Source: Octopus bimaculoides
Lineage: Eukaryota
DNA length: 64,000 nucleotides
NCBI RefSeq assembly: GCF_001194135.2
Contig: NC_068981.1
Span: 38,922,848-38,986,847 of the forward strand
Direction of reading: 5' to 3'
Numbering within the stretch: position 1 is the stretch's first letter; each line of letters starts with the position of its first letter. The notes beneath the pieces are model-generated. The model ran no database searches and was not told where the DNA came from. It saw nothing but the letters and a program-made list of their open reading frames with translations. Made by a program: the position numbers and the translations under genes. Of this stretch, positions 36,942 through 51,617 are shown one piece after another.

Positions 36942-37808
36942 ACTGGGTTGCTTCTCTTTTAATTTTTCATGCATACAATCAATTTCCTGACAATAGGATG
37001 TTGCTGTTACAGTTTTTCCTTGTTGCAAAAACGAATAACGAATAACCCCCTTTGTTGACCACCATACAGTGACCATCAATTTTTTAGGGTTAATGGTGAT
37101 TTTGGGTAGTGTTTTGGTGACTCTCCTGCATCTAACCACTGTTCTGTTCTCCAGCTGTTATCAAAGTGTATCCATTTCTCATCACACGTAATGAGTTGAT
37201 ACAAAAATAGTTCTCTTTCCAACCAAGAAATCAACATGGAACACACTGTAAGGCGTCTGTTTCTCTGAATCTCATTAAATTGATGGGGAACAAACCTATC
37301 CATCTTTTTGACTTTTCCAATTTTCTTCAAGTGCTTGGAAGCAGTTGCAGGAGATGTCTGGAGCTCTGATCCAATTTTTCGGACTGTTTTCTCAGATTTC
37401 GTTTAACCAAAGCATTCAATTCATCATGCCGAATAACTGAGTTTGGTCACCTCCTTGATTCTTTTTTAAGGCTTTCATTTCCTGAATGAAATCTGTGGAA
37501 CCATCTCTGAACAGTTCTAATGTCAGCAGAATCATTACCAAAAGCCCACTGATGTTTCGCAGAGCTTTGGTGGCAGAGCGACCCAACTTGTATTCATACA
37601 AGAAAACTACTTGGTATTGTTCAATTGTCAACATTGTCATAAGAGCTGTGAGTAGCAATTTTGAATAATAGTATCATCTAGAAAGAAAAAGAGTTAAGAG
37701 TAAACACAGGCATATACATAGAGACTCATTAAAAGTCCATTTATAGATGACTCATTTAAAGAAGCCCATTTAAAATACGACATTTCATGTGAGACAACTT
37801 GATATATA
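36942..37808 (-). mobile_element. mariner transposon, frameshifted and 3'-truncated transposase
   Basis: FLYEYKLGRSATKA (HTH), HLKKIGKVKKMDRFVPHQF (WVPHEL equivalent), ITCDEKWIHFDN, KLMVTVWWSTKGVI split across three frames. TIR-like tatcaagttgtctcacatgaaatgtcg at ~37775-37808. YSPDL region absent. Confidence 0.9.
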
Positions 37809-37905
37809 CGTATTTATACTTATACACACACACACACACATATATATAGATAGATAGATATGTACACACACACACACACACACACACATATAGATAGATA
37901 GATAT

Positions 37906-37952
<47 letters not shown>

Positions 37953-37965
37953 CACACACACATAT

Positions 37966-38046
37966 ACTGTAAAAACCCATGTAATTTATGCCCTTTATTC
38001 GCAAAAATAAAAACAAACTTTAGTGGGTGCATAAATTACACGAGTA
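37966..38046. mobile_element. Short palindromic DNA-transposon end (pogo/Tc1-like MITE remnant)
   Basis: tgtaatttatgc (37980-37991) and gcataaattaca (38029-38040) are inverted; preceded by tactgtaaaaaccc. Confidence 0.4.
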
Positions 38047-38625
38047 GATTGTTTCCAGAATTTAACAAAAAATGTTTTTGTTGCAAAAAGACGTACAAGA
38101 CATAAAAATTCATATCAGAAGTTGACTCATTTAATGTCAGAATAGGTTTTTATAGAAAAAAAAATGGATTAAATACACATAATAAAGTTGTCTTTTATTT
38201 ATGCTGGACGGTATAATGCTTACTTTTCCTTCCTCTGTTGGTTGTGTAAAGTGTCATCCAAGATAATGTTTATTGGTAATTAAACTTGATTTACAATACC
38301 TGTGCATATTTATCAGCTTTGTTTTTGTTGGTAATTTTATCAACTACTTTTCCTGTGATAGTAATTTGCCAAGGCATACAACAGTATGTTAAAGATCGAA
38401 CATAATCTCTTGTGGGCAAGAAATGTAAAATAAAGGTTATGATAAACAACACATAGACTTTTTAATTCAATAGCTTTCAATGTGATACATGTTAAACAGA
38501 AATCCTTTTTATTTAATGAAAATTTAATATAAGATAACCAAAGCTTTTTGTATGAAACTGGATAGGCAGAATGCATGTAGAAAATTATGCTGTTGGCCAG
38601 CATCTGATGTACTATCATTTGTCAT

Positions 38626-38951
38626 GTGAAGGCCTGTAGCTTAGTGGTTAGAGTAATCAGCTCACAATCATAAGATTGTGAGTTTGATTCCTGGCAGTGT
38701 GTTGTGTTCTTGAGCAAGACATTTTATTTCCTGTTGCTTCAATCCACACCTGGCGAAAATGAGCTGTACTTGTATTTCAATGGGTTAGTCTTGTCACATT
38801 CTATGTCACACTGAATCTCCCTGAGATCTATGTTGAAGGTACTTATGTCTGTGGAGCGCTCAGCCAATGGCTTATTAATATCACGAGCAGGTTGTTCTGT
38901 TGATCAGATCAACTGGAACCCAGGTTGTCATAACCAATGGAGTGTCAGTTC
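38626..38951 (+). mobile_element. tRNA-derived SINE, family C, with 12-bp TSD
   Basis: gtagcttagtggttagagt head. TSD ATCATTTGTCAT at 38614-38625 and 38952-38963. Confidence 0.85.
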
Positions 38952-40999
38952 ATCATTTGTCATAGCTTTTCCCAACTAGTCTTAGCGGTATTGGAATGAT
39001 AATCGTACAACAGCAGTGACTACATTAACAACAATAACAACAACAACAACGAGATGAGCAAATTAAAAACCTCTGCCTAGTCACTCACCCTGCTAGAAAT
39101 TGTAGACAGATCTCAATAGCAGCCTATTGTCTTAAAGGAAAAACGTTAGACAATGTAGATCACTGCCCTGAAAAAGGTTGTTTGGTCATGACTGGAATGC
39201 TTTTGATCATGAGTTTCCTTGTTCAGAGTTAACCTAAGGATATATAACGTTACCAAAGGTGAAAATACTAAAGAAATACTTAAATAAAAATTGTGATAAT
39301 GGTAATGACAATAAAAAAATAGCTGTAGCATAAACAACATATCTGAAAATAGCAATTAGAAGACCACAGAAAAAATATAAGAATGCCAGGTTTTATATCC
39401 ATAGACCAGAAGTAATATGACTTCCAGAGGATCAAAGCATAAATAAAAAAAATGAGCAAGGAAAGCTAAAAGTTCCTATCAAGTATGCACTGAAAATGCC
39501 TGAAATGCTATATAACATTATACAAAGTGGATACATGTGGCATTGTTTGAAAGGAAAGAAAAGCAATCCAATATGTTCTGTATCTCAGAAAAATTGCTAT
39601 TTTCTGTTGATACTTTTTAACTAGATCCTTAATATATGTAAGCATTGATCCACAACATGACACTATTGCTAAATAAGCAGAGGGTTTTGAGGAAAACATC
39701 GATTTTTGAGAATTGGCCAGAGATTCTGATGGAACTTTAGGTTGAACTTCAGGTGTTAATTACACTCTAAAATCTAGAAAAAATTTCAATTTCATATCAA
39801 AGGATTCCATAATGAGAGTTGTGCTAAAAGCAGAAAGTCAAAGTTCTACAATTGCAGTACTAATAACTTGAGGGGTTTTTGTCCTCTAGAAAAACAAAAA
39901 CATGAAAGGAAGCCCAAAGCTAAAATTAAAACAACATCAATAAAATCAATATTAATGAAACAACAAGGGAATACTCTACGTAGTTGATTAAATTTCTCTC
40001 ATATCAAACCCTACCTTCTTAAAAACTTGAGAATGACAAATCAAATCACAGATTTCTAATGACTGAGCCAAAGCATATTCCTGTGTCACACTGGGTTTTT
40101 GAGTTTTGAGGTGAATTGGAAAATAACATAGTATTAACTGATTTTAATGCACTACACCACACTGGTACACTTGTACTCTTTAAGAGCAAAGTGCAATGCA
40201 TACACCCATTATTTGCTTAAAATCAATTTTAATGCTAAATTGTCTTGTGCACAGTGAACAATAAGAATCAAAGTAATGATATATATACTCAATTTTAATA
40301 TGTTCCAGCAGATTTGAACATGTATATGTTAATCATTGTTGTGTGTCATCTTTGTAGAACAACTTCTTACAAACAAATGAGAGTTCATAACAAAATTCAT
40401 TAATGTAAGGAGACTTTGCAACACTGGCATTTCTTCAGCCAAAGATACCCCAGGCTAATGAACTCAGCTAAAGTTCTGATGCTCCTTTAAAGAATTTGGT
40501 AAACAAATTATTTGCTAAATTCTACAAGCAACATCTAGTATCCTAATGTGAAGTATGAAAAGTAAAGGAATACAGCTGCATTTTGAAAAATTCAAGATTT
40601 TAAGAGATTGTCAATTGGAAGGAGATATGCTTACTATATATGCTGTTTCAGGCAATTTGACAAAAGTTCTCTAATAGAAAGCTAAGAGACAGATATAAAC
40701 TATAGACTGGTGGCTTTATTATGAAATTCTTTTTAATAAAGACATATCTTGGCTAGCATAAACATTACAAATTTGGGAAATGTTACTGAATTAGTAAATC
40801 ATTTCAATAAAAGTGAGGTTTGAATGTTGCATCAGCAACTTCTTTACAACAAAATTCATTCATGTAGTTGGTAACTTGTTTTTAGATTCCTATTTGTATT
40901 CATTATTATATCTCTATTATTCACCCTGGTATTTGTTAATTTTTAATTTGCCAACATCTAAACAATAGCTTTCCTTTTTTAGTAACTATCATTACTCTT

Positions 41000-41270
41000 T
41001 CCTGCTGGATTCCTGAGCATGACCAACTGAGACTATGGCTATTATTCAACCATGTCATTCTTTGGTCTACACTAAGGTTTCTTGCCTGCTGGTTCAGCTT
41101 GAAGAATTTATTATGTAATCCTTTGCTGCAAATTTGTAATCATATGACCATAGTACTAGAGCTGAGCTGTGATCTCTTGATGCAGAGAAATAACAGCTTG
41201 ACTTAATCTCTTCAGACTCTTTGATCTCTGTGAGCTACACACTGATTCTTTTTGATGGGGCCCTATGAAA
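41000..41270 (-). mobile_element. Possible hAT transposase C-terminal remnant
   Basis: Minus strand LSQAVISLHQEITAQL*YYGHMITN resembles the hAT dimerisation-domain tail; heavily decayed. Confidence 0.3.
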
Positions 41271-41839
41271 AGGAAACTACTCCCACAACTCTGTCAGGAG
41301 TAGTGGATGGAGTAAATGAATGGATGGATGGATGGATTAATGGATAAACTATACATGGAACATATATACTAGATTGAACCTATCTTAAACACACAATAAA
41401 TGCAAGGAACTCATACATAAATAAGAAGTCCAATAATTATTTCTTTACCAAATGTAGTACTTGAACAAACTGATTAGTGCCATTTTGAAAATGACAAAAA
41501 TTATAGAAATACCTCAATCTTAAATATCATCTGTAGAAATCATTAAAAATCCAAACTAAAAGAAAAATGATAATTCATCAAACTACTTCAACAGTTTCAG
41601 TCAAATTTCTGAATATTTTTCTCATTGGAAAGTAATGTAAGGATTTTGATTATTGTAAGAAAGTATTGATTATTGTATAACGGATATAAGAAAAATTGCA
41701 TATAGAGATAATATAACTTTTGGTATTAATAAAAATCAAAAATCAAAATGTAAAATCATGCAGAAACTATGGTGAAATTAATCTTTTGATTGATTCTTCA
41801 TTATAGATTAGCATATATTTCCTATTGCTTTTACTATGA

Positions 41840-41897
41840 ACACGTATACATGCACACAAGCATATATACATATATATCATACATATATTATATACAT

Positions 41898-41986
<89 letters not shown>

Positions 41987-42019
41987 GCACTCATATATTT
42001 ATAGTTATACATATATAAA

Positions 42020-42058
<39 letters not shown>

Positions 42059-43200
42059 CTACTAATATGTATATACATACACACATGTGTTTATTATATA
42101 GTGTGACTTGAGTTTGTGTGCGCACGTGAGTGTGTATGCATGTGAGTCTATCTATATGTGTAGATGCATAGTAATGTGTGCCAGTGTATATTTACTTAGC
42201 ATAAGAACTAACTCTGCAGGCAGGTAGGTAAAAGAAACAAAAGTCAATGTAGCAATACATTAAGTCCATTGGTCGCTAATGCATAGCTGGAAGGTGTCAG
42301 ATTTCAATTAACTTTCAAATGAAAGAAGAAGGATCAAATGAAAAGAAGCAAAGAGGCAGTGCTTGTGATAATCAAGTAGTTACTACCTGCCCATTTCAAT
42401 CTGATTCTCTATTGTCTTTCAGTCTATTTTATGTGCAGAAGACATTAAGAAAAAGTCACTTCCCATCTATTGAACAAAAACACATAGGGAAACCTTCTAT
42501 AAGAAGAAATAAAAATTATAAATATGCAGCTTCTTTCAAAGACATTTGGTAGTGTGTGTGTGTATATATANNNNNNNNNNNNNNNNNNNNNNNNNNNNNN
42601 NNNNNNNNNNNNNNNNNNNNNNNNNNNNNNNNNNNNNNNNNNNNNNNNNNNNNNNNNNNNNNNNNNNNNNNNNNNNNNNNNNNNNNNNNNNNNNNNNNNN
42701 NNNNNNNNNNNNNNNNNNNNNNNNNNNNNNNNNNNNNNNNNNNNNNNNNNNNNNNNNNNNNNNNNNNNNNNNNNNNNNNNNNNNNNNNNNNNNNNNNNNN
42801 NNNNNNNNNNNNNNNNNNNNNNNNNNNNNNNNNNNNNNNNNNNNNNNNNNNNNNNNNNNNNNNNNNNNNNNNNNNNNNNNNNNNNNNNNNNNNNNNNNNN
42901 NNNNNNNNNNNNNNNNNNNNNNNNNNNNNNNNNNNNNNNNNNNNNNNNNNNNNNNNNNNNNNNNNNNNNNNNNNNNNNNNNNNNNNNNNNNNNNNNNNNN
43001 NNNNNNNNNNNNATATATATCATCACATATACATATATATATTATATAACTATCTATATATGTGTGTATTTGTATATATATATATATTTATATATATTAT
43101 GTATCAAATATATATACATGTGCATATGTATGTCTTTATGTATATATGTGTATGTGCTTTTGTGTGTGAGTGTGTGTATGTGTGCATATTATGTGTGATG
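41840..43200. repeat. Long (TA)n/(TG)n microsatellites and assembly gap 42571-43012
   Basis: Directly visible. Confidence 0.95.
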
Positions 43201-44620
43201 CAGTACTGGATTAGACATAATTGGTTATTTATGGATTCCTTAAAAAAAAAATAATAAATGCAAAAATTTCAATGATGATAAAATAACAATTCACATTATT
43301 ACCTTTCAGCAATCGAGTTGCAATGTAAAATTGTTCTGTCTAATGCAACAGGTGAATAAACCTGAAGGCTTTTAATAGTTGCTATGCAGAATCAACTGTG
43401 ATGCAATGTTGATTAATAGATCCATTAAACATAAAACTGATTACTAAAGCACTATACTTTTTACTAACTTATCATTCAGTATAGTGTCAAAGAAACTAAC
43501 ATAGAATATTCTTAAATATATTCTGTAAGCCTTCACTCTTTTTCAATGTAGCAGAATCTACAACAAAAAACAACAACAACGACAAGAACAATAACAACAA
43601 AAGACAACATTCTATCTAAAGTGCAATGAGAGTGGGCATTTCTTATTGAAGTCATTTAACTGAGACTGAATGATTTGACAACTTTCTAATATTTCTCTTG
43701 ATATTAATCGGATTAAATAGAGACATGTGATGAGAATAAATTTTGTGGTTTGGATGAAGAAGAGTGATGGGAATAAGATAGGTAAGGAAAGCTGGCGAAG
43801 AGATAAGCAAAAGAAAGTAGTAATGTAGGATTTAAGAGAATTAGAACTTACAATAGATTTGAGAGATGATAGAAACAGCTGGAGGACATATTACTTATAA
43901 TCACACTGTATCACATAGTCAACTTACCATTATCATCATCATCGTTGTCAGCAACATTGTCATCATCACTGGTCCAAAGTGTCAACTCCTGTGGGATTTC
44001 TGGCTTTTTTGTTGGCCCTTCAATACCCTTTTAGCTGATAATAAAAACCAGATGCTATCTTTTACTGATGTTTTGACATTTAGTTATAGTTATGTTATTA
44101 TATGAAACTGAAAAGTTGTGAAAGCTTCATATGTACGTAGTCTGTCCACAGTTCCTCATTGTAGTTATTGATTTTTATACTAGGCATAGACTGAAGTAAA
44201 GAAATAAGGGTATCTTAACAAATTAGAAACTTTTAATTCAAATACAAACTGATTGTTTTGAGTATGGTAAGGCCAGGGCTTTTGACTTAAATCATCTTTG
44301 TTTTCATAGCACCATTAATAGTATGATAGTAAAACATGTAGTTATGTTTTGTATTGATTTATATAGAGAATTCTCTACACATTTTACAAAACTATATTCT
44401 ATAACTTTTATTTATTGCTTATATACATTATTGGCATTATACAAGTGTTAGCTGTTCTATCTTCTGCATTTAATTCGTCTGTTGAGCACTACCAAGCCAA
44501 ATGAGTTTCAATGTATGAACTATGCTAGGACAAACAACAAAGCAAAATGAAGAAAAAGAACATTATATTCTGTATCATATTTTGTCTACTATTTCTCATC
44601 ACTTATATAATAAATTTTAG

Positions 44621-44866
44621 TGGAGGTGCATGGCTTAGTGGTTAAAGTGTTGGACTGGACTCATGATTGTAAGAGTATGGTTTTGATTCCTAGACCAGGC
44701 GATGTGTTGTGTTTTTGAACGAAACACTTCATTTCACATTGCTCTAGTCCACTGAGCTGGCAACAATGAGTAATCCTGCAACGAACCAGTGTCCCATCCA
44801 GTGGGGAATTTGCACATCATGAAAACCCTTATGAGTTGGCATGGCTCGAGAAGGTAACTTTAACTT
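44621..44866 (+). mobile_element. tRNA-derived SINE, family C variant
   Basis: ggaggtgcatggcttagtggttaaagtg head, ttgtgtttttgaacgaaacactt block, tail ggctcgagaaggtaactttaacttt. Confidence 0.8.
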
Positions 44867-46949
44867 TGCCTGTATAATAGATTTTGATTTCAAGATTCAA
44901 GGTCTTGGTTCATATTAAAATTATTTTTTATATGGGAATGTACAAATTTATGTATTTTGATCATTCAGACAATAGCCACATCTACTTTAGGTAAATTAAC
45001 AGATTATGCAGTATTGTGTTCTTTTATGAGAAGTATCGAAAATGTGATAAGCTATAAGTATCTTGTGGTATCAACTGGCAGTCTTATGTTAATGTTGGAA
45101 AATTCTGCAGCTTTTATGTAAACGATAAATTAAACTTTATGTTTTTGGTAATCAGGACTAAGATTTTTGATAATTCTGGAGGGGATAATTTAAATGTAAA
45201 TCTATTATAGACTTTCCTGAATCTCGTTACCTTTCAATAGTTTTAATCTGGAGGGATGGACTATAGCCATTACTCTTGCACTTCTTTAGAGACTGATGAG
45301 ATCAATGCATTTGATGTTCAGTCTAAATAGATTTAAGTCAATGTCTTTAGGAAGAATGTGAGTTGAAAGAGAATTTCTGAGTGCTGATGTTCTTGAAGAA
45401 AAAATCAGGCAATATTAATGTAAGTGGGTTTGAGAGTTGTAAGTGGATGGGTCAATGGAGCACTAGACTGCTGGCTATGGGTTTGTCCCTTCAAATCCTT
45501 TTCTATACATCTATAGCAAAGTCCCTTAACCATCAACAGCCCAATTTCTTAACTGCTAGTTGGTATCACAGGATAGCTTATCACATAAAATCAAATAAAT
45601 AATGGAACTGAACAAACTCAGGAATGCTGTTCTATTTCAGCTTCATTTTTTAAAAATTATACAAAAATAGCACTTGAAAAATTATCACAATTTTGCGTAT
45701 AGAGACAAATTAGGATTTTGTACAATAGAAAGAGTAAGCAGTTAAAATAAAAACAAAAAAAAATGTGGAGATATTAGACATATAATATCTGGATGAGATA
45801 TTTCAAAAATATAAAATAGATGACAGTTATTTTAGATAGAATCATATCCTAAAACTCTTTCCAGTTTTCTCTTCAAATGTTACAGCAGGATATCATAAAT
45901 AAATGTTTAGTAGAATATGTATTATATCAATAATCAAAAATAGAAGATAAATACTAAAATAAAAATGCTTGTTTGGGGTATTATAAATCTTTTCATATAA
46001 AAAAGTGAATATCCTATTAAAATAATTATAAATCAAACTTTAGAATGTAGAAATGTTCAATTATATGTTATAGAATGCTATTTAGTAGTTGAAAAAAAAC
46101 TTTGATGGATCTAATTTGGTAACATAAAGTAAATTCGTCATAAGTGGGCTGTTATTTGTAATTAACTGAAAAGCTAAGATTCTTGTACTAAGTAGAAAAA
46201 GTAGATACAGCTTTTATGTGAAACTGGCAGAAAATAAGATACTGTGAATTGGTTATTCATTCAAAGCAGTTGATCTATTCAAGCTAGATAATTTTTTTCT
46301 GATATTAGTTGTAATAGAATAAGGAAATTTTGATACCATTTTAGTAAACAATTTCATAATATGAAACTGACACTCATAACAAAATTTTCCTTCATGTTCC
46401 AAAGCTTCTTTAATTATACGAATTACACCATTTGGTAGATACTAGTGATGGAAATTGCTATTTAAAGTGTGGTGGTTCTAGGAATGCTGATAACTATATT
46501 TTGTACCATTAGCATATTTTGATTATTTAGAACAGGCACGAATTTACAATTCCATCCCTCTGATGTGAACAGAATATTTTCTTGAGATGTATTGTGTACT
46601 ACTCTGATATATGTGATTGCTTGTATCCCAAGATTGGTTAAGTTATTCAGAGTTATATAAAATTCTTTTACTTTGATTGCTTTCCTGATATATGTATTAA
46701 TGTATACTTCAAAACTAAGCTTATAGTAAACACTAACAACTAAGCCATTTGTTTCTTAAATATTGCTCAAGTAATCATCACTCTCCAGTTTCAAAAATTT
46801 CCTTATTTTTCTATTACCAAAACTTAGCATTTGAGCATAATGTGCTTTTAAATTGTACTTTTAACATCTCTTAATTTGACTTAACCTCACCTGATTTATT
46901 CAGTTACATTATTTCATCCTCCTTCTATACCTACCTAACCTCTCCTACT

Positions 46950-48630
46950 AATGGGCGAGGAACAATGGACATGATATTTTCTACGAGGCAGGTTCAGGAG
47001 AAATGATTAGAACAACAAATGCTACTATGTCAAGTCTTCAAACATTTAACTAAGGTATTTGACATAGTAAACAGGGAGGCACCATGGATTGTTTTGTGTA
47101 AACTTGTTTGTCCAACACATTTTGTGAGCATTTTCAAGGAACTACACAGAAACATGAAAGCTCAGGTAGTCTTTAATGGTGAGCTATTTCGTGAATTTTC
47201 GGTGGACAACGGTATCAAAGAGGGAGATATTCCTGCACCTACACTTTTCTCTATTTATATTGCTGCATTACTTTGGTATGCTTTCAAGGATTTCAACAGG
47301 GGAATTGGAATCAGATTTCAGATATCTAGTCATATTATTATTTGACCTGGTTTAACCGCAAAGCAAAAACTTTCAAAAAACTTGTTAAAGAATTACTTTA
47401 TGCTGATGTTGCTGATTTGTTGGCACACTCAGAGGTGGATATGCAACATTTAATAGACAGATTGTCCACTGCATGTGTACATTTTGAACTCACAATTAGT
47501 TTGGGGAAAACCAAATAATATTTACTCCCATGCCAGAACAAAAATATTCTGACCCAAACATTTTTGTGAATGGAACAAGGTTTGAAGTCGTTGACACTTT
47601 TGTTTACTTAGGAAGCACACTGTCAAGAGATGGTAGTCTTGATGCAGAGATATATTATCAAATAGGGAAGAGAAGTGTTGCATTTGGAAAGCTTGAAAAG
47701 CAAATATGGGTGGATAGAGGTATTTCCCTGCAGACAAAAATCAGCATCTATAAAGTGTGTGTATTGTCTGCACTTCTTTATTCGAATGAGTCATGAACCA
47801 CTTGCAAGTGTTATATAAAAATGCTTGAGAGATTTCATCAAAAGTGCCTCAGATGTATCTTAGGAGTCAAGTGTGAATGTTTCATACCAGATACAGAGGT
47901 TTTGCACATTGCACATTGCAGCTCAATTGAACAGCATGTTACCTTGTCTCAAATGAGATGGACTGGATATGCTGTTAGAATGAAAGACGAGCGTTTGTCA
48001 AAGCATCTTTTTTATGGTGAGTTCTGGTAAGTAACCACAACATAAGCCGAGGAAAAGGTATAAAGACTGTGTGAAGGAAAACTTGAAGAAACTAGATATG
48101 AACAAAAGTTATTGGGAAAATGATGCTCTAGATTGGAACAAGGGGAGAGGTGCTGTTAGGACTGGTTGCAATGCCTGGGAGGAAAAGATGATTCAGCACT
48201 CTGAACTTAAAAGGATCTGTCACAAAGAAACCATTAGAACTGTAATCAACAGTGAACATTGGGTATGTATTATATGTGATCATGTTCTGTTGTCAAAAGT
48301 CACATGAAAATCGTAATGCCCAGATAGGTAATGATCTTGGACACCAACCACCTATTACAACTTACGTCATTGTCAAAAAACTTATAAGACAATATCTGGA
48401 CTTAAAAGACATGATAGTTCACAAAAACGTCAGAATCATATTCCAAAGGGCAAAGGTATAGAAGAAACTTAAATAATATCTGTCACTGGTGTTTTAAACC
48501 CTGACAGTCAGCAGCTGGTGTTAAAAGTCATTTAAGGGCTCATCAATGGAATGATTGTACTGTGTGATGGGGTGAGGTGTGTGTGTTGATGGAATAGCTA
48601 TCATCTCTCAAGATGAAGCAATCATCATGT
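46950..48630 (+). mobile_element. RTE-BovB-like LINE (family 2): RT domain plus C-terminal C2H2 fingers, inactive
   Basis: GRGTMDMIF..RQVQEK, KVFDIVNREA, GIKEGDIPAPTLFSIY, LLYADV (YADD mutated), VVDTFVYLGSTLS, LERFHQKCLRCIL, QMRWTGYAVRM, then zinc fingers at 48266-48543. Confidence 0.9.
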
Positions 48631-50014
48631 ATAAATAATGGTAAAACAGGCAAACAAACTCCAAATTATTTTCATTTATTTCATTTATTTCATTTAACAG
48701 AATATGTTAGCTGTAAATTTTCCTTTCTATTTTCTTTTGTTTTGTTGTCGTATATATTTTTCTAACTTCATAATTTGCCCCAAACTTCCTAATACACTGT
48801 GTAGAAATATGTCTTCAATCAAGTAGTATTAATATGAAGGGTTAAACTAGTTAGATTGTCTTCATCCTTGCATCAAAACACCCTTTTCAAGTGGTAAGTT
48901 AATAGAACAGCTTTTACTCACAAAAGAATGACAGCAAAAGAGCAGGGTTGGAGAAAGTCAAAGTACAAAATAAGTAAATAAATGAATAAATAAATAAATA
49001 TGTAAGCTAAATAAAATATTGTCATTTTTCTCTCTCACTCTTTCTCTGCCTTGATCTCTATTTTTTACTTTCTCTCTTCTTTGTGGAATGGAAAGAAAAT
49101 TCTAATTACAAACTACAGAGATGTCGTGAGCAGATCTTCGTTCAAATGCAAGAGCTTTTGGTCACGCACTATTTTTAGAACAGCACTACATTCTTTTTTT
49201 TTTTATCAAGAAATGAAGTAAAATGTAAAGAAATTGATTAAAATGATAAAAAGAAACGGTAAAAGAAATGAAGGCAAGGTAAAAAAAAAAAAAAACAAAT
49301 CTTCAGAAGCAAATTGTAACTGTTGGAATAAAAGGAGCTTAGTAAAGAAATAGTAGTTGAAGAAACCGTACATGCAACAGTGAAGGAAACACAAGATTGA
49401 ATGAAAGAAGCATAGATGAAATGAAACTGAAAATAATTGGAAGCATTAGTAGTGAAGATAAGATAGATGAGAGCATTGACAAAATGCAAACATTTCTCAC
49501 CAAAATAAGTAAACCTAAATTAATGGCTAGAACCGTAAAGAACATTTATACATTTTCTAAAGATTTTGAAAAGCTAAATCTTCTGGATTAATATATTGAA
49601 GTGGATTACAAATGTTAACTAAAAGGATTAAAAGAAAGATCATGGTTCAATATTGACAAGAGCAAAGAGAATGTTTATTTGAAAAAATTAATAAGAATGC
49701 TCAATCATCTACTCTTCTATTATTATATATTACCAAGAATGTCATAACATTTCTCTAGCTTATTCTAGTCTTGGTTATTGTAATACAAAAGAAACTAATT
49801 GAACTCAAACACTAAGTTATATTTGTATCACCAGGGCCGAATTTACACCTAGTGGAGAATTCTGGGCCAATAGATTTTGGGGGCATCCACGATGTGTTTG
49901 GCCCAATAAATAAAATGTGGGCTCAATAGTTTTCAAATCTATTAGATTTAGAAAAACAGTTAAACAAGGAATTGAATAACAAATTATTTATTTGATTGCT
50001 GTAAATAATATCTT

Positions 50015-50999
50015 TTATTCGTTTCAGTCATTAGACTGTGGCCATGCTGGGGCACTGCCTTGAAAGGTTTAATGGGTAAAAATCGAACTTGGGACTTTTT
50101 TAAGGTCTGGTACTTGCTCTATCAGTCACTTTTGTTGGAACACTAAATTTGGGTGTGGGGTGTAAACAAACCAACACTGGTTGTCAGCTGGTGGTGAGGA
50201 ATGAATGCAAATACTAACGTGCACACACACACACAGCCTTTATATATTTAATCCTTTATATTGAACACTCAATATTTCATATATTCAATAAGACATATTC
50301 CATATATTCAATAAGACATTCAATACTTCGTTTCATTGTACCATCCATTTTTATATTATATATTCCATATTCTATATCCCACATTAATTTTACAAGAATA
50401 TAAATAAAACATAAAAAACAGAGTTGGAACTTTTTTAAATAAAATAATATATTCCTCTATACATGATCATACAAAACCCTTTTTTTGTATTTATTTTTAC
50501 TCACATATATATACATATATATATATATGNNNNNNNNNNNNNNNNNNNNNNNNNNNNNNNNNNNNNNNNNNNNNNNNNNNNNNNNNNNNNNNNNNNNNNN
50601 NNNNNNNNNNNNNNNNNNNNNNNNNNNNNNNNNNNNNNNNNNNNNNNNNNNNNNNNNNNNNNNNNNNNNNNNNNNNNNNNNNNNNNNNNNNNNNNNNNNN
50701 NNNNNNNNNNNNNNNTATATATATACACACATACATACACACATATATATATACATACATATGTATGTATGTATGTGTGTATGTATGTATGTATATATGT
50801 GTGTGTGTGTGCGTGTGTGTGTGTATATATATATCAAATGGGTTTCTTTCAGTTTCCACCTACCAAATCCACTTACTAGGCCTTGGTCAGCCTAGGATTA
50901 TAGTAGAAGACACTTACCCAAGGTATCATACAGTGAGACTGATCCTAAAATCATCTGAATGGGAAGGAAACTTCCTACAACACAGTTATGCTTGTGCCT
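50015..50999 (-). mobile_element. SINE family A whose middle has expanded (microsatellites plus gap 50530-50715)
   Basis: Tail half at 50015-50235 and head half at 50835-50999, same strand and correct order. Confidence 0.6.
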
Positions 51000-51444
51000 T
51001 AATATTTTAATTCTAAGCTCTAGGTTTCTCTGAGTTAAAGGAGCCACCCATTCTTGAAAGCCCCGGGAAATAGCCCTATTGGCTTGTACAGAAATCCAGC
51101 CCTGTGTTTCTCACACCTGGCCAAATTTTAGTACAGTTCTTGATAAAAAAAACCAAAATCAGAACAGAATCAAAATAAGAGGACAAGAGGACAAATTACA
51201 GTTTTAGAAGTCAGAATGAAAAGCTACTATTATGGTAGCATGACAAAATGCATCCAGTTAACTCTGTAATATGGTTGGCCATAGAAAGGGCATTTAGCCA
51301 TAAATGCCAAAAATAAAATGTGCTAGTAAAATATGTTCTCCCTAACAATCTAGGTGAGAAGTGACTGTGAATAAGAACTGATTCAGGCTGTTAAAACCCA
51401 TCTAAACCCATGCCAGCATGGACCAAGGAAATAATGATAACCAT

Positions 51445-51617
51445 AATGGTTTCAAATTTTGACAAAAGGGCAGCAATTTTGTGGGAGGGGATGAGTCAAT
51501 TACATCGACTCCAGTGTTCAGCTGGTACTTATTTTATCGACCCTGAAAGGATGAAAGACAAAGTCAACTTTGGTAGAATTTGAACTCAGAATGTAGCAAC
51601 AGCCAGTTTACCACCTT
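51445..51617 (-). mobile_element. SINE family B, internally deleted
   Basis: tggtacttattttatcgaccctgaaaggatgaaagacaaagtcaac...gaatttgaactcagaatgt. Confidence 0.8.

Noticed and set aside
45290-45330. CTGATGA within a GACTGA...TCAGTC hairpin
   Set aside because: No GAAA or cleavage triplet; nearby sequence looks like a decayed RTE.
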